From Verrucomicrobiota bacterium (GTDB taxonomy: Bacteria > Verrucomicrobiota > Verrucomicrobiia > Limisphaerales > SXQI01): DNA of 64,000 nt. The DNA lies in the NCBI GenBank assembly GCA_033762115.1, contig JANRLX010000067.1, positions 1 to 64,000 on the forward strand, read 5' to 3'. Positions 29,702 to 41,132 of the stretch are shown one piece after another. The notes below the pieces were generated by a model that did not search any database, had not been told where the DNA came from, and worked only from the letters and a program-made list of their open reading frames with translations. Every line of letters starts with the position of its first letter. The stretch's first letter is position 1. The translations under genes were made by a program, and so were the position numbers.

Positions 29702-31141
29702 TTAAATTAATTGGTAATCCGGCGTGGACATGATCAGTCGAATGCCATTTAGGATATCTTCACTTTCGAGTTCTTTTTGGGCAGCAAGGTACTCTTTCAG
29801 AGTCATCTTTTGTCTGGGCTTTAATGTGCCGTAGGTAAATCTAAAATCCAGTGCGGCCAGCAGCTTATCAACAGATTTTATCTCCTCCTCCTGAAATAAC
29901 GATTCCACCCTGACTGGACCTTGAACTTTTCTCGGCCGAGTTCGTTTCTCCTTGTTAGTCATGACATTTTTCTCACCAAAAATGAGCGCTGCGGAGAAGT
30001 TATAACGGTTTAATAAATGATTCGTGTTGATCCAGCTTAGTCCACCATCCCAGCCTTTGACATTGGGAGGTTGGAACAAATCCTGACCGAGAGTGCGAAG
30101 CATCTGGGTGGACACCTGCGAGGAAGGTAGTTCACGATCAAGCAACCGCACTGTTCCAACGAGCCATTGCACCGGGCTTTTCACCTGGTTGTTCAGGTTT
30201 TTGTCAGCATAGAACTCTTCTGCCCTGAAGATAGCCTTCAGCAACGGGCGGAACTCCTGACCAGCTTGTGAAAATTGATGCGCAAGGTTTTGCAATGTTT
30301 CCTTCTCAGGAGGAGTTCCTGCAAAAAACTCCCATAACTTTGCGCAAATAAAAGTGTTGGACTGAGGCTTTTTAAGAATGATCTCAAGCACATCCTCACC
30401 TTTCCAATTGCCAGTTTCGCCAAGGATTGTTTTTGAATTTGGATCATGCCAGTTGGCCCGATTTACAAATTGCTGAGTCCCTCTCTCAAGCGACCAGCCC
30501 GTCAATGCCCTGGCTGCTTCAGTGACATCTTTTTCGGAGTAATTGCCCTCACCGAGAGTAAACAATTCCATGACTTCCCGGGCAAAATTTTCGTTGGGGT
30601 GGTCCTTTTTGCTTTGTGCCTGGTCCAGCCAGATCAACATTGCCGGATCTTTGGAAACAGCAGTAAGAAGTTCGATCCACCTGCCCGCTCCCTTTTTGCG
30701 GAAAATGTCATTCTGTTGCCACATCAGGAAAGCGCTTTTCACTTTTTGAATGCTGGTCGCAAAATGGCCATGCCAAAAAAGCGCGAGTTTTTCCTGAAGG
30801 GGAAAAGGAGAAGTTCTCATCAGTTCCAACCACCATTGTCGCAACTCGATGAGCTGATCACGTTGGTGCTGGCGTTCAAGCTTCTGCATAGCCTGACGTT
30901 CTTCCGGCGAAGCGTTCTTGTATTCCCGAAGCTTTTTGAATCTTTCAGGGTCCGGCTTCGCCCATTCTGGTATTTTGTAATCCACCGGAATTAAAGGAAA
31001 AGACAGCAGCCGATCCGCTGTTGCTTCCAATCCAGCTTTTCGAGCGGCAGCAACTTCCTGGGGAATAGCGCCGAATCCAGCGCGATTCAAAAGATGTGCG
31101 GCATAACGATCATTCCATTTAGCTGAAGAAAATTCCGGCAT
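29702..31141 (-). CDS. DUF1800 family protein
   Basis: HLLNRAGFG, LQEKLALFWHGHFATS, PNENFAREVMELFTLG, PPNVKGWDGG; paired with DUF1501. Confidence 0.9.
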   Translation of the reverse strand: MPEFSSAKWNDRYAAHLLNRAGFGAIPQEVAAARKAGLEATADRLLSFPLIPVDYKIPEWAKPDPERFKKLREYKNASPEERQAMQKLERQHQRDQLIELRQWWLELMRTSPFPLQEKLALFWHGHFATSIQKVKSAFLMWQQNDIFRKKGAGRWIELLTAVSKDPAMLIWLDQAQSKKDHPNENFAREVMELFTLGEGNYSEKDVTEAARALTGWSLERGTQQFVNRANWHDPNSKTILGETGNWKGEDVLEIILKKPQSNTFICAKLWEFFAGTPPEKETLQNLAHQFSQAGQEFRPLLKAIFRAEEFYADKNLNNQVKSPVQWLVGTVRLLDRELPSSQVSTQMLRTLGQDLFQPPNVKGWDGGLSWINTNHLLNRYNFSAALIFGEKNVMTNKEKRTRPRKVQGPVRVESLFQEEEIKSVDKLLAALDFRFTYGTLKPRQKMTLKEYLAAQKELESEDILNGIRLIMSTPDYQLI

Positions 31142-31240
31142 ATCAATGTATTTATAGACGTCAACACCCGGAAAAGGTTGCGCCGGGTTTTCAACAGGCC
31201 CAACATTGACGGAACTGCAGCTGTTTGCTTATCTCCGCGG

Positions 31241-31897
31241 ATGATCAAGGTAACTTATTTCCTCGAAGTGATTTCCTCCTGGTGTTATTGGGCAGAGCCA
31301 AACTGGGCGAAGCTTAAGGAACACTACGCAAATAGATGCACATTCGATTGGAAAATCGCGTTGATGGATGCCTCCGGACTGCCCTCCTCCCGTCAGCAGG
31401 CTGAATGGTTTTACCGCAGAAGCGGCACAATTGTGAATTCCCCTTTCATGCTCAATTCGGGGTGGTACCAGGACGAAGTGACAGAATACCTTGCCCCCAA
31501 CCTGATCGCGGAGGCGGCGAAGGACTTCGGGTTTGTAGATGACAAGGTACGGTTGGCAATTGCAGACGCTGCGCTGCGAACGGGCGCAAAAGTGGGCGAT
31601 TGGAAAGTGGCGGTATCGATTGCAGCTCAAGCGTCAGGCCTGGACGAAGCCTTGCTTTTGCAAAAAGCGCAATCAGCAGAAGTGGAAGCAAGGGCAAGAG
31701 CTTCCACAAACGAGTTTCACTCCTTGAAGGTTGCACAGCGCCCGACATTTGTGTTGGAAAGCGGGATCGGAGATCGTGCCGTTTTTTCCGGTCTTGCCAG
31801 CATTGAACCATTGATTGCAACGATTGAAGCGATGCTGCATGACGAAGCGGCCTATGAATCCTGGGCGGCACATTTCGGTCCGCCGCCTGTAAAATGA
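31241..31897 (+). CDS. DsbA/FrnE-like thioredoxin-fold protein (SxxC motif)
   Basis: YFLEVISSWCYWAE at the CPWC position; cis-Pro motif QRPTF. Start at the ATG at 31241. Confidence 0.75.
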   Translation: MIKVTYFLEVISSWCYWAEPNWAKLKEHYANRCTFDWKIALMDASGLPSSRQQAEWFYRRSGTIVNSPFMLNSGWYQDEVTEYLAPNLIAEAAKDFGFVDDKVRLAIADAALRTGAKVGDWKVAVSIAAQASGLDEALLLQKAQSAEVEARARASTNEFHSLKVAQRPTFVLESGIGDRAVFSGLASIEPLIATIEAMLHDEAAYESWAAHFGPPPVK

Positions 31898-31899
31898 TC

Positions 31900-32529
31900 T
31901 TAATGACCGGACGCGGTTCTGACTGAGGAAATAAAATCCCGCATTTTTGCCTGGTCCTTTTTTCCCGGGGCACTTTCCACTCCGCTGGAAACGTCCACGG
32001 CAAACGGCCGGACTTTTTGAACGGCCTCGCCGACATTCAAAGGGGTAAGTCCTCCTGCAAGGATGATCGGTTTTCCGTTTTGCTTTGCCTGAACCGCAAG
32101 ATCCCAATTAAAAGTTGCCCCGGTTCCCCCCAATCGACCGGGAACATAGCTATCCAGTAGCAAGGCCGAAGCATTTGGAAATCGTTGTGTTTCCACAATG
32201 ATTGATTCACTCTCCACCCGAAAGGCCTTGATGACAGGGAGAGGGATGTGGCTGCAGAAATCAGGAGCTTCTTCCCCATGCAGTTGCACTGTGTCTATTC
32301 CGGTTTTCGCAGCTATTTCCCGAATGCCAGTGATCGAAAGATTGACGAACACTCCCACTGAAGAAATGAACGGAGGGAGTTCTTTAATGATTGATCGAGC
32401 ATCCGCGGGGTTAATATAACGAGAACTGCCTTCGTAAAACATGAACCCAAGCGCATCGGCACCGGCATCAATCGCAGCGACCGCATCCACCAGGGAAGTG
32501 ATACCACAGACTTTGACTCGCACGATCAT
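31900..32529 (-). CDS. trpF: Phosphoribosylanthranilate isomerase
   Basis: VKVCGIT, GADALGF, VGVFVN, VQLHGEE, GGTGATFNW, LAGGL, VDVSSGVE. Confidence 0.95.
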   Translation of the reverse strand: MIVRVKVCGITSLVDAVAAIDAGADALGFMFYEGSSRYINPADARSIIKELPPFISSVGVFVNLSITGIREIAAKTGIDTVQLHGEEAPDFCSHIPLPVIKAFRVESESIIVETQRFPNASALLLDSYVPGRLGGTGATFNWDLAVQAKQNGKPIILAGGLTPLNVGEAVQKVRPFAVDVSSGVESAPGKKDQAKMRDFISSVRTASGH

Positions 32530-32579
32530 GGATCAGCAAAGTAGAGGCTGATCGCTTTTCCGTCAATTCAGCCAAAAAC

Positions 32580-33083
32580 CTAATCGCCTGCTTTTTCGGC
32601 ATTATTCCCTGAGAGAAACGATTCCACGTAAAGCAATCGGTCTTCGCCAGCTCGCTGTACCATCTTGAGAAGATTGTCCATGCTGGAAACCTCTTCCAAC
32701 TGTTCAGTAAGGAACCATGAAAGAAACGCCTGAGTAATGTGGTCTGATTCCTGAATAGCCAAAGCTACCAGCTTGTTGATCTGCTGTGTCACCAATTGCT
32801 CCTGGTGGAGCGAAAGCTCGACCGCTTGTTCAGCGGTCTTAAACGTGGCTGTGGGCGAAGCAATGGAGGGGATTTCAACCACTCCTCCTGCATCCACGAT
32901 ATACTTCACAAACTTCATCGCATGCTCCCGTTCCTCAGCGGATTGCTTGAAAAAATGGCGCGCAAAAACAGGCAGGCCTTCCGATGAAAAATGCGCTGCA
33001 ATAGAAACGTATTGAAGTGAAGCCGCGAACTCATTGCCAATCTGCTGGTTCAACGCCGCGTTCATTGCCTTGCTAATAAGCAT
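32580..33083 (-). CDS. ftnA: Non-heme ferritin
   Basis: LNQQIGNEFAASLQY, EEREHAMK, EQLVT, FLSWFLTEQLEE ferroxidase motifs. Confidence 0.9.
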   Translation of the reverse strand: MLISKAMNAALNQQIGNEFAASLQYVSIAAHFSSEGLPVFARHFFKQSAEEREHAMKFVKYIVDAGGVVEIPSIASPTATFKTAEQAVELSLHQEQLVTQQINKLVALAIQESDHITQAFLSWFLTEQLEEVSSMDNLLKMVQRAGEDRLLYVESFLSGNNAEKAGD

Positions 33084-33153
33084 AATTCCTTTGTCTCCCT
33101 TTATTTACTATGGTGGATGGAAGCTCCCTCCGCAAGGCCTTGAACACTCGAGG

Positions 33154-35754
33154 TCAACTCTTTTCGAATATGAGCTCATCCCCTTGCGCGGTCACCCGGA
33201 TCCGGTCGCCTGGCTTAAATTCACCGTTCAGCAACCGGGTGGCCAACGGATCAAGCAATAACTCCTGGATGCTGCGCTTCAAGGGCCTGGCCCCAAATTG
33301 TGGGTCATAACCCTCCTTGGCAAGCAGACGTTTTGCCTCCTTGTCCACGGTCAAGGCAAGGTTTTGCTGCTGCAATCGTTGTTCAACACGCTGCAACTGG
33401 ACATCCACAATCGCTGATATTTGTTTTTCGTCCAATCGATGAAACACGATGATATCGTCCACGCGGTTGAGGAATTCCGGACGAAAATGACCCCGCAATT
33501 CCATTTTCACCCGCTCTTCCATTTCAGCCCGGTCCTTGGCTGCTAATTTCCCTTCATTGAAATATTCCTGGATAATCGGCGAACCAATATTACTCGTCAT
33601 GATGATTACGGTATTTTTGAAATCCACCGTTCTGCCCTGGCCATCAGTCAAGCGTCCATCATCAAGGACTTGAAGCAGGACGTTAAAGACATCGTGGTGG
33701 GCTTTTTCGATTTCGTCGAAAAGAACGACAGAGTAAGGGCGTCGGCGCACGGATTCACTTAACTGTCCTCCTTCCTCGTACCCAACATATCCTGGAGGGG
33801 CGCCAATAAGTCTGGCGACAGTATGTTTCTCCATGTATTCGCTCATATCGATTCGCGCCATGGCGCTCTCATCATCGAATAAAAATTCCGCCAGCGCCCT
33901 TGCGAGTTCCGTTTTGCCGACGCCAGTTGGCCCAAGAAATATAAACGAACCAATCGGGCGGTTGGGATCCTGCAATCCACTTCGGGCTCGCCGGACGGCA
34001 TTGGATATTGCTGTCAATGCCTCCTCCTGCCCGATGACTCTTCGGGCCAGGCGCTCCTCCATTGTCACCAGTTTCTGCCGCTCTCCCTCCAACATCCTTG
34101 TGACAGGGACATGAGTCCACGATGAAACCACCTCGGCAATATGTTCTTCGGTCACCTCTTCATTCAGAAGCCGTTGTTGATTTGCATGTGACTCTGTCTG
34201 AGTGCTGGCAAGCTTTCTTTGCAATTCTGGAATCCGCCCATACTGAATCTCCGCAGCCAGATTCAAGTTGCCGGTTCGTTGCGCTTTTTCCAAATCCTGC
34301 TTGGCTTGTTCCAGTTGAGAATTAACGTCACTCACCGCGTTGATTGCCGCTTTTTCATTCTGCCATTGGGCTTTCAACTGGCTGGACTGTTCCTTCAGAT
34401 CGGCGAGTTCCTTCTCCAGCTTTTTAAGCCGCTCACGCGATCCTTCATCTTTTTCCTTGCGCAATGCATTTTGCTCGATTTCAAGCTGCATGATGCGACG
34501 TTCCAACTGGTCGATCTCAGTTGGCATTGAATCCAATTCCATTCGAAGCCGCGAGGCTGCCTCATCCATCAGGTCCACTGCTTTGTCAGGAAGAAAGCGG
34601 TCTGTGATGTAACGGTGGGAGAGGGTTGCAGCCGCCACTAGGGCAGCGTCCTGAATGCGGATTCCGTGATGCACTTCATATCTTTCCTTAAGCCCTCGAA
34701 GGATCGCAATGGTTGCCTCCACTGAAGGTTCCTCAACCATCACAGGCTGAAACCGTCTCTCGAGCGCAGGATCTTTCTCAATATGTTTACGATATTCATC
34801 CAGGGTCGTCGCGCCGATACACCTGAGTTCTCCCCGGGCCAATTGCGGTTTGAGCATATTGGCGGCATCAGCAGCCCCTTCGGCTTTTCCCGCACCCACC
34901 AGCGTATGCAATTCATCAATGAACAAAATGATCCGCCCCTCGCTGGAGGTAATTTCCTTAAGAAACGCTTTCAGCCGATCCTCGAATTCCCCTCTATACT
35001 TGGCTCCTGCAATCATTGCTCCCAAGTCCATTGCGATCAGCCGTTTATTTTTTAGTGATTCCGGGACATCTCCGCTGATTATTCGACGCGCCAAACCTTC
35101 GGCAATCGCCGTTTTACCCACGCCTGGCTCGCCAATCAAAACCGGATTATTCTTCGTTCGACGGGTCAACACCTGCATTACGCGACGGATTTCATTGTCG
35201 CGTCCAATAACAGGATCGATCTTTCCTGAGCGGGCCATTGCAGTCAGATCCCGACCATATTTCTCAAGGGATTGAAACTTATCTTCCGGGTTCTGGTCTG
35301 TGACACGTTGATTGCCACGAAGCTCAGCCATGGCTTTCAGAATGTCGTCCCGTTTTATTCGATGCGTCTGAAAAAGCCGTTGCAGTGCGGTACCACCATC
35401 CTTCACCAATCCAAGTAACAGATGCTCGGTGCTGATGTATTCGTCCTTGAGCCTGGTCGCTTCAGCTTCCGCCGTATCAAGAGCCCGTTTCAGGTCACTG
35501 GATAGAAACACATCTCGAGAGCTGCTTCCGCTGACTTTAACACGACGATTAAGGGCTTCCCTTAAATCCGAGGTCAATTGGGGCAGATTGACTCCGATTT
35601 TTTGCAGCAGCGGAGGAATGAGGCTTTCTTCCTGCTCAATCAACGCGAGCAATAGATGCTCCCCATCGATCTCCTGGTGTGAATAATTGTGTGCGATACC
35701 CTGCGCGGCTTGAAGAGCCGCTCCGGTCTTCATGGTGAATTTGTCCGCTTGCAT
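33154..35754 (-). CDS. clpB: ATP-dependent disaggregase ClpB
   Basis: Clp N domain; two AAA modules ([16 protein letters not shown]); long coiled-coil M domain; GYVGYEEGG. Confidence 0.97.
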   Translation of the reverse strand: MQADKFTMKTGAALQAAQGIAHNYSHQEIDGEHLLLALIEQEESLIPPLLQKIGVNLPQLTSDLREALNRRVKVSGSSSRDVFLSSDLKRALDTAEAEATRLKDEYISTEHLLLGLVKDGGTALQRLFQTHRIKRDDILKAMAELRGNQRVTDQNPEDKFQSLEKYGRDLTAMARSGKIDPVIGRDNEIRRVMQVLTRRTKNNPVLIGEPGVGKTAIAEGLARRIISGDVPESLKNKRLIAMDLGAMIAGAKYRGEFEDRLKAFLKEITSSEGRIILFIDELHTLVGAGKAEGAADAANMLKPQLARGELRCIGATTLDEYRKHIEKDPALERRFQPVMVEEPSVEATIAILRGLKERYEVHHGIRIQDAALVAAATLSHRYITDRFLPDKAVDLMDEAASRLRMELDSMPTEIDQLERRIMQLEIEQNALRKEKDEGSRERLKKLEKELADLKEQSSQLKAQWQNEKAAINAVSDVNSQLEQAKQDLEKAQRTGNLNLAAEIQYGRIPELQRKLASTQTESHANQQRLLNEEVTEEHIAEVVSSWTHVPVTRMLEGERQKLVTMEERLARRVIGQEEALTAISNAVRRARSGLQDPNRPIGSFIFLGPTGVGKTELARALAEFLFDDESAMARIDMSEYMEKHTVARLIGAPPGYVGYEEGGQLSESVRRRPYSVVLFDEIEKAHHDVFNVLLQVLDDGRLTDGQGRTVDFKNTVIIMTSNIGSPIIQEYFNEGKLAAKDRAEMEERVKMELRGHFRPEFLNRVDDIIVFHRLDEKQISAIVDVQLQRVEQRLQQQNLALTVDKEAKRLLAKEGYDPQFGARPLKRSIQELLLDPLATRLLNGEFKPGDRIRVTAQGDELIFEKS

Positions 35755-35912
35755 ATATTTCCCTTTATCTTTGAATCCGCAGCCTAAGGAAACCCGATAT
35801 CTGTTCTATAGTAGCCTTAAATTGTCAGCATTTTTGTAAAGCTCAAGTCACAGATTGCTTGGAAAGACACTTGCAATACACACAAGGATTATCCCAATCT
35901 TGGCTTTCAAAT

Positions 35913-38900
35913 ATGCAGAATCCGGAAAACGGGAATCGCTTTGTTCAGCGAACCTTGCCTTGGCTGATAGCGGCTGGAATACTCGTTCTTTATTTGATCA
36001 CCCTTAATCGGTGGGTGAATATCCGCAGTTTGTCGGTTGTGGCAAAAGTCAGTGGATGGGATTGGACAACGCCTGCGCAATGGCCCCTCTTCTTTGGCAT
36101 TACTTACCCTTTACGCTTTCTTCCTCAGGCATGGCAACCGGTTTTGCTTAATCTCTTTTCAGCAATCTGTGCTGCCGGGGCCATTGGTCTGCTGGCCCGT
36201 TCCGTGGCTTTACTGCCGCATGACCGTACCCACGAACAACGCGTCCGGGAACGGAGTGAATACTCACTGCTATCAATTCCTTTTGCATGGGTCCCGCCGC
36301 TCCTTGCCACTCTGGTATGTGCCCTGGAACTTTCGATGTGGGAACACTCGACGACTGTAACAGGCGAATCGCTTGATCTTCTCATTTTCGCGTACCTGAT
36401 CCGTTCCTTGCTCGAGTATCGGATCGATCACAAGAATGGCTGGCTTTACAGGTTTGCATTCATCTATGGCCTGGGCGTGACAAACAACTGGGCTTTGATC
36501 AGTTTCTTTCCTGCGTTCCTCGTGGCGTTCTTTTGGATCAAGGGATTGAGTGCTTTTAAATTCAGCTTCCTGTCCCGAATCCTTGGTTGCGGCATACTTG
36601 GTCTTTCGCTTTACCTGCTCCTGCCCCTGGTCTGGATGATCAAGGGAAACTCAGATTATTCATTCGGTGACGTGCTGAAGGCCAATTTAGTCCAACAAAA
36701 GCTGTTGATTTTTGATGTTTCGGCATTGCGTTCCCGCGTTCTCCTGCTTTCCCTGACCTCGATTTTACCTGTCCTGATTATCGGGATTCGATGGCCATCA
36801 AGTTTTGGTGACACCAGCGCGGCTGGGGCAAGCCTGACCAATATCATGTTTCGCGTGATTCACATCCTCTTTTTCCTGGCATGCCTGTTTGTGGCCTTTA
36901 ACCAAAAGTTCAGCCCTCGTGAATTGGGATATGGCCTGCCGTTCCTGACTTTTTATTATCTCGGAGCACTCGCAATCGGTTATGTCAGCGGTTACATGCT
37001 GCTGGTTTTTACCGATCCTCCCCGGAAAAGCTGGCGTCAGCAAAATCCTCTTCTGAAATTGATCAATCCTCTGGTGCGCGGTTTGGTTTTGCTGGCGCTG
37101 GTAGCGGTTCCGGCAGCATTGCTTTATCTGAATTTTCCAAAAATTCGAGCGAACGATGGCCATTTTCTCAAAGCTTTTGCCAAAAGCATGAGGGATCGCT
37201 TGCCTGAACAGGGAGCTGTTTTGTTGAGTGAAGATCCTTATCAGATTCTTCTCTTGCAAGGTGAAATGACTACCTCTGGACTGGCCAGGAAGCATCTCCT
37301 GGTAAATACGCGCTCCCTGGAATACCCCACCTATCACGACGAGCTCAAAAAGCAGTATCCAGATCGTTGGCCGGACCTGGGTGCATCTTATGAGCTGGGG
37401 GCGAGAATCAATCATCTTACTTTACAAAGAATGATCTCGGAATTGGCACGCACAAACCTTGTTTATTATCTGCATCCAAGTTACGGCTACTTCTTTGAAA
37501 AAGTTTACCTTCTTCCAAATGGAACCATTTACAAGGTCGAGAATTTTCCAACCAATACCGCACTACTTCCTCCACTGCCTCCGGATGTGATGGAGCAAAA
37601 TAAAACCTTCTGGAGCAATCTGGAACCTGACCTGGATCGCATCGTCAAAGCCCCGAAAACAGTGTCGGACAGTGCATATGTGGCTGCCTATTATTCACGA
37701 GCCTTGAACACCTGGGGAATCGAAGTTCAACGAACAAGCCAGATCAAGGAAGCAGGAGAAGTCTTCAGGCAGGCGCTCAATCTCAATACCAATAATTACG
37801 CAGCCTATATCAACCATGAATTCAACAAATCTCTTCAATCTGGCGAACGTGTCAGCACTGAGGTGTCCCGCACTGTTGAGGATCTTTTCGGAAAGCATCG
37901 CTCCTGGAATACGTTATTGGCGGAAAATGGGCTATTCGATGAACCTAATTTCTGCTTTCGTTTAGGGCAAACCCTCCAGCAGCAGGCATTATTCAGGCAA
38001 GCGGCTTATCAATTCAACCGCACACGAAAGCTTGATCCGCAACGCACTGACGCTGCCATTGAACTTGCCAGCAGCCTTGTGGCTGCGCGCTTCCCAAATG
38101 AAAGCCTGCAAATTCTGAATGATCTCGAAACTACCGGTCGCATTGGCCCTAGCAACAAAGTGGATGTCGTTAGCATCCGGGCCAGCGCATTATTTGCCCA
38201 GGGAAACCGATCTGGCGCTGAAGAAGTACTTCAACGCGCGTCTCAGGAAATGCCCACTCAAAATGGATTGAAAGATGCCCTGTTTGAGCTATATCGCAGC
38301 ACAAGTGAGCTGGAAAAAGCTTTGTCCCTGCTGGATCGCCGCCTCGCCAGTGGCACCAATGCCGCTCTGTTGCTGCAAAAAGCTGACTTATTGATCCAAA
38401 AAGGGGATTACTCGACCGCAAACGCCACCCTCGATCAACTCCTTCAGATCGCACCCGGTGTTTCGCAGGCGGTTATCTATAAAGTATTCGTTGCCAAGCA
38501 AAACAAGGATTACAAAACAGGTCTGGAATTGGTTGAGCAGATTTTGGAACAGGATCCAAAACATATACAGGCGTTGACTTACAAAGGAATCATCCAGATG
38601 GAGACTCAGGAGTTTCAAAAAGCGCGCGAAACCTTCAATGAAATTCTTGATATCGAAGAAGGAAGTATTTCTGCTTTGCACAACCGTGCGATTGTTAACC
38701 TGAAACTGGATCGTCTTGAGGATGCAGAGAAAGATTATACCCTGCTGCAGAAAAATGTACCGACTGAGCCAACCATCTATTATGGTTTGGGAGAAATTGC
38801 CTATCGGCAAAAGAACATGGCTGATGCGATTCGCTTTTTTTCTCTTTACATGAAGTATGCCGAAAAGGACAAAACCGGCATCCTGGAAGAGGAGAAAAAG

Positions 38901-38945
38901 CAAGTCCTGACGCGATTGCAAGAGCTTCAAGCCGGGACGAAGTAG
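35913..38945 (+). CDS. Polytopic membrane protein, DUF2723/TMEM260-like (GT-C fold) glycosyltransferase with C-terminal TPR array
   Basis: About 10-11 TM segments in the N-half (LYLITL, LNLFSAICAA, MWEHST, LYLLLPL), a periplasmic domain, then many TPRs. Heads a GT4/WecA/methyltransferase operon. Confidence 0.7.
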   Translation: MQNPENGNRFVQRTLPWLIAAGILVLYLITLNRWVNIRSLSVVAKVSGWDWTTPAQWPLFFGITYPLRFLPQAWQPVLLNLFSAICAAGAIGLLARSVALLPHDRTHEQRVRERSEYSLLSIPFAWVPPLLATLVCALELSMWEHSTTVTGESLDLLIFAYLIRSLLEYRIDHKNGWLYRFAFIYGLGVTNNWALISFFPAFLVAFFWIKGLSAFKFSFLSRILGCGILGLSLYLLLPLVWMIKGNSDYSFGDVLKANLVQQKLLIFDVSALRSRVLLLSLTSILPVLIIGIRWPSSFGDTSAAGASLTNIMFRVIHILFFLACLFVAFNQKFSPRELGYGLPFLTFYYLGALAIGYVSGYMLLVFTDPPRKSWRQQNPLLKLINPLVRGLVLLALVAVPAALLYLNFPKIRANDGHFLKAFAKSMRDRLPEQGAVLLSEDPYQILLLQGEMTTSGLARKHLLVNTRSLEYPTYHDELKKQYPDRWPDLGASYELGARINHLTLQRMISELARTNLVYYLHPSYGYFFEKVYLLPNGTIYKVENFPTNTALLPPLPPDVMEQNKTFWSNLEPDLDRIVKAPKTVSDSAYVAAYYSRALNTWGIEVQRTSQIKEAGEVFRQALNLNTNNYAAYINHEFNKSLQSGERVSTEVSRTVEDLFGKHRSWNTLLAENGLFDEPNFCFRLGQTLQQQALFRQAAYQFNRTRKLDPQRTDAAIELASSLVAARFPNESLQILNDLETTGRIGPSNKVDVVSIRASALFAQGNRSGAEEVLQRASQEMPTQNGLKDALFELYRSTSELEKALSLLDRRLASGTNAALLLQKADLLIQKGDYSTANATLDQLLQIAPGVSQAVIYKVFVAKQNKDYKTGLELVEQILEQDPKHIQALTYKGIIQMETQEFQKARETFNEILDIEEGSISALHNRAIVNLKLDRLEDAEKDYTLLQKNVPTEPTIYYGLGEIAYRQKNMADAIRFFSLYMKYAEKDKTGILEEEKKQVLTRLQELQAGTK

Positions 38946-38961
38946 CCGCTGCGCTCATCAC

Positions 38962-40131
38962 ATGCGCGTCACTCATGTCATCACCCGGTTGATTCTGGGA
39001 GGTGCGCAGGAAAATACCGTCGCGACTGTTCTGGGACTTCACAACAAACCACCTTTCCAGGTCTCTCTTTTAAGTGGTCCCACGCAAGGGCGTGAAGGTA
39101 CCCTTGAACATTATTTCCACGATAATCCACAGCTGCTTCAGGTGGTCCCTAATCTCGTTCGGGAAATTAACCCATGGAAGGACTTTTGGGCTTACCGAGA
39201 CTTGTTACTTCGTTTTCGAAAAGATGCTCCCAATATTGTTCATACTCACAGCGGCAAGGCTGGGATTCTGGGGCGGCTGGCCGCTGCAAAAGCCGCAGTT
39301 CCCCTTATTATTCATACGATTCATGGGCCCTCATTCGGTCCCTTTCAGGGGGCAATTCCGAATGCAATTTATCGGCAGGCAGAGGTGACCGCCGCAAAGA
39401 AAACGACTCACTTCATTTCCGTCGCCCAGGCAATGACGGATCAATACCTGGCAGCGGGCATTGGGACATCCAGACAATATTCATTGATCTACAGCGGATT
39501 TCCTTTGGGACCGTACCTCCAGACCACCAATGATCCTGGATTAAGGAAACAACTTGGTCTTGAGCCAGAGGATTTCGTGATTGGAAAAGTTGCCCGTTTG
39601 TTTGAGTTAAAAGGGCATGATGATCTGTTGCATGCTGCTCAGGAAATCGTGCAAAAGTTTCCACGTGCGCGTTTCCTGTTCGTCGGCGATGGTCCCTGGC
39701 GAAATCGATTTGAGCGAATGGTCCGCGAACAGGGACTCACCGGAAAGGTAATCTTTACCGGGCTCGTGCCTCCAGAACAAATTCCCTCTCTTTTGGGAGT
39801 CATGGATATGCTGGTTCACTTGTCGCGCCGTGAAGGACTTCCTCGCGCGTTGTCTCAGGCACTTGCAGCAGGGAAGCCAGTGCTGGCTTATGATTGCGAT
39901 GGTGCCCGCGAAGTCTGCCTTGATAATATTACCGGGGTTCTGCTGAAGCCCGGTGATGTTTCTGGCGTGGCCGCTGGGATTTTGAAAATTGCCCGGAATC
40001 CCGCTCTGGCAAATCAGTTCGGGACAGCTGGGCGCAACCTCGTTCGTGAAAAGTTTTCAGTGGAAGGGATGGTTCAAAGTATTGGTGATCTTTATCTTCG
40101 TCTGGCTCGTGAACAGAACCTGTTACCGTGA
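38962..40131 (+). CDS. Glycosyltransferase family 4
   Basis: HVITRLILGGAQEN, VHTHSGKAG, VARLFELKGH, SRREGLPRALSQALAAG. Confidence 0.9.
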   Translation: MRVTHVITRLILGGAQENTVATVLGLHNKPPFQVSLLSGPTQGREGTLEHYFHDNPQLLQVVPNLVREINPWKDFWAYRDLLLRFRKDAPNIVHTHSGKAGILGRLAAAKAAVPLIIHTIHGPSFGPFQGAIPNAIYRQAEVTAAKKTTHFISVAQAMTDQYLAAGIGTSRQYSLIYSGFPLGPYLQTTNDPGLRKQLGLEPEDFVIGKVARLFELKGHDDLLHAAQEIVQKFPRARFLFVGDGPWRNRFERMVREQGLTGKVIFTGLVPPEQIPSLLGVMDMLVHLSRREGLPRALSQALAAGKPVLAYDCDGAREVCLDNITGVLLKPGDVSGVAAGILKIARNPALANQFGTAGRNLVREKFSVEGMVQSIGDLYLRLAREQNLLP

Positions 40132-41132
40132 CGCAATTTCCTTTTAATATTTACCTGGCTGGTTTTGCATCAGCTTTTCTCGCAGGGACAATAGGAATGC
40201 TTCTTTGGAGACGCCTTGGTTATCTTTATGGATGGGTTGATGCACCAGGTGAACGAAAAATCCATTCCGTCCCCATCGCCTTGACTGGCGGCATGGGCGT
40301 CATCACCGGGATTTTATTTCCGATCGTTGGAGGAATTATCGCGCTGTTTCTCTGGCCCGGGCTAAATGAGTTATTAGGAATCACGACCGGGCTGAAGGAT
40401 CTTTTTATTTACGGATTCCAAAGACGAGGTGGGCAGCTTGGAGTCGTCCTGCTCGGAGCAATCGGAATGCTTCTGCTAGGCTGGGTGGATGATCGTATTG
40501 AACTGAAACCGGGCGCAAAATTCTGTGGTCAACTCCTGATTGCTGCAACTGTCGCTGCAGCAGGCGTGCGTATCACATTGTTTGTTCCAAACCTGCTATT
40601 CAGCTACCTGGTAACTATCCTCTGGATTTTAACGATCACGAATGCGTTTAATTTCATGGATAATATGAACGGTTTATGTGCCGGACTTGGGGTGGTCGCC
40701 TTATGGAGTTGCGCCTGGGCAGCAGCAGTTAATGGCCAGTTCCTCGTCGCAACGTTCGCCTTTCTTCTTTGTGGAGCACTGTTTTCTTTTATTCCCTTCA
40801 ATTTCCCGAGTGCTTCAATTTTTCTCGGGGACTCAGGCAGTCATCTCACGGGATTCCTTGCAGCTGTCATGTCAATTCTCCCCAGTTTCTATTCGGCTGA
40901 AGTGACGCATCGCCTGACTGTGGTCACTCCGCTGCTGCTATTGTTTATTCCATTGTTGGACCTTGTTTCAGTCGTAATTATCCGCTGGAAGAACGGGAAA
41001 GCGTTTTACATAGGCGATAACAATCATTTGTCTCACCGTCTCGTGAGACATGGATACTCAAAAAGCTTCGCTGTGTTGATTCTCCTGCTGTGCAGTGCTT
41101 TCCTATCTGCCGCAAGTTTCCTTCTTCGGTAA
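40128..41132 (+). CDS. WecA/TagO-like undecaprenyl-phosphate sugar-1-phosphate transferase (MraY superfamily)
   Basis: DAPGERKIH, GWVDDR, NAFNFMDNMNGL, FNFP...IFLGDSGS, HLSHRL. Confidence 0.88.
   Translation: MTQFPFNIYLAGFASAFLAGTIGMLLWRRLGYLYGWVDAPGERKIHSVPIALTGGMGVITGILFPIVGGIIALFLWPGLNELLGITTGLKDLFIYGFQRRGGQLGVVLLGAIGMLLLGWVDDRIELKPGAKFCGQLLIAATVAAAGVRITLFVPNLLFSYLVTILWILTITNAFNFMDNMNGLCAGLGVVALWSCAWAAAVNGQFLVATFAFLLCGALFSFIPFNFPSASIFLGDSGSHLTGFLAAVMSILPSFYSAEVTHRLTVVTPLLLLFIPLLDLVSVVIIRWKNGKAFYIGDNNHLSHRLVRHGYSKSFAVLILLLCSAFLSAASFLLR

Noticed and set aside
28368..31141. DUF1800/DUF1501 pair as a novel system
   Set aside because: Function is unknown, but the pair is widespread and well catalogued, and nothing is distinctive here.
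35755..35912. CIRCE operator upstream of clpB
   Set aside because: No TTAGCACTC-N9-GAGTGCTAA match found.
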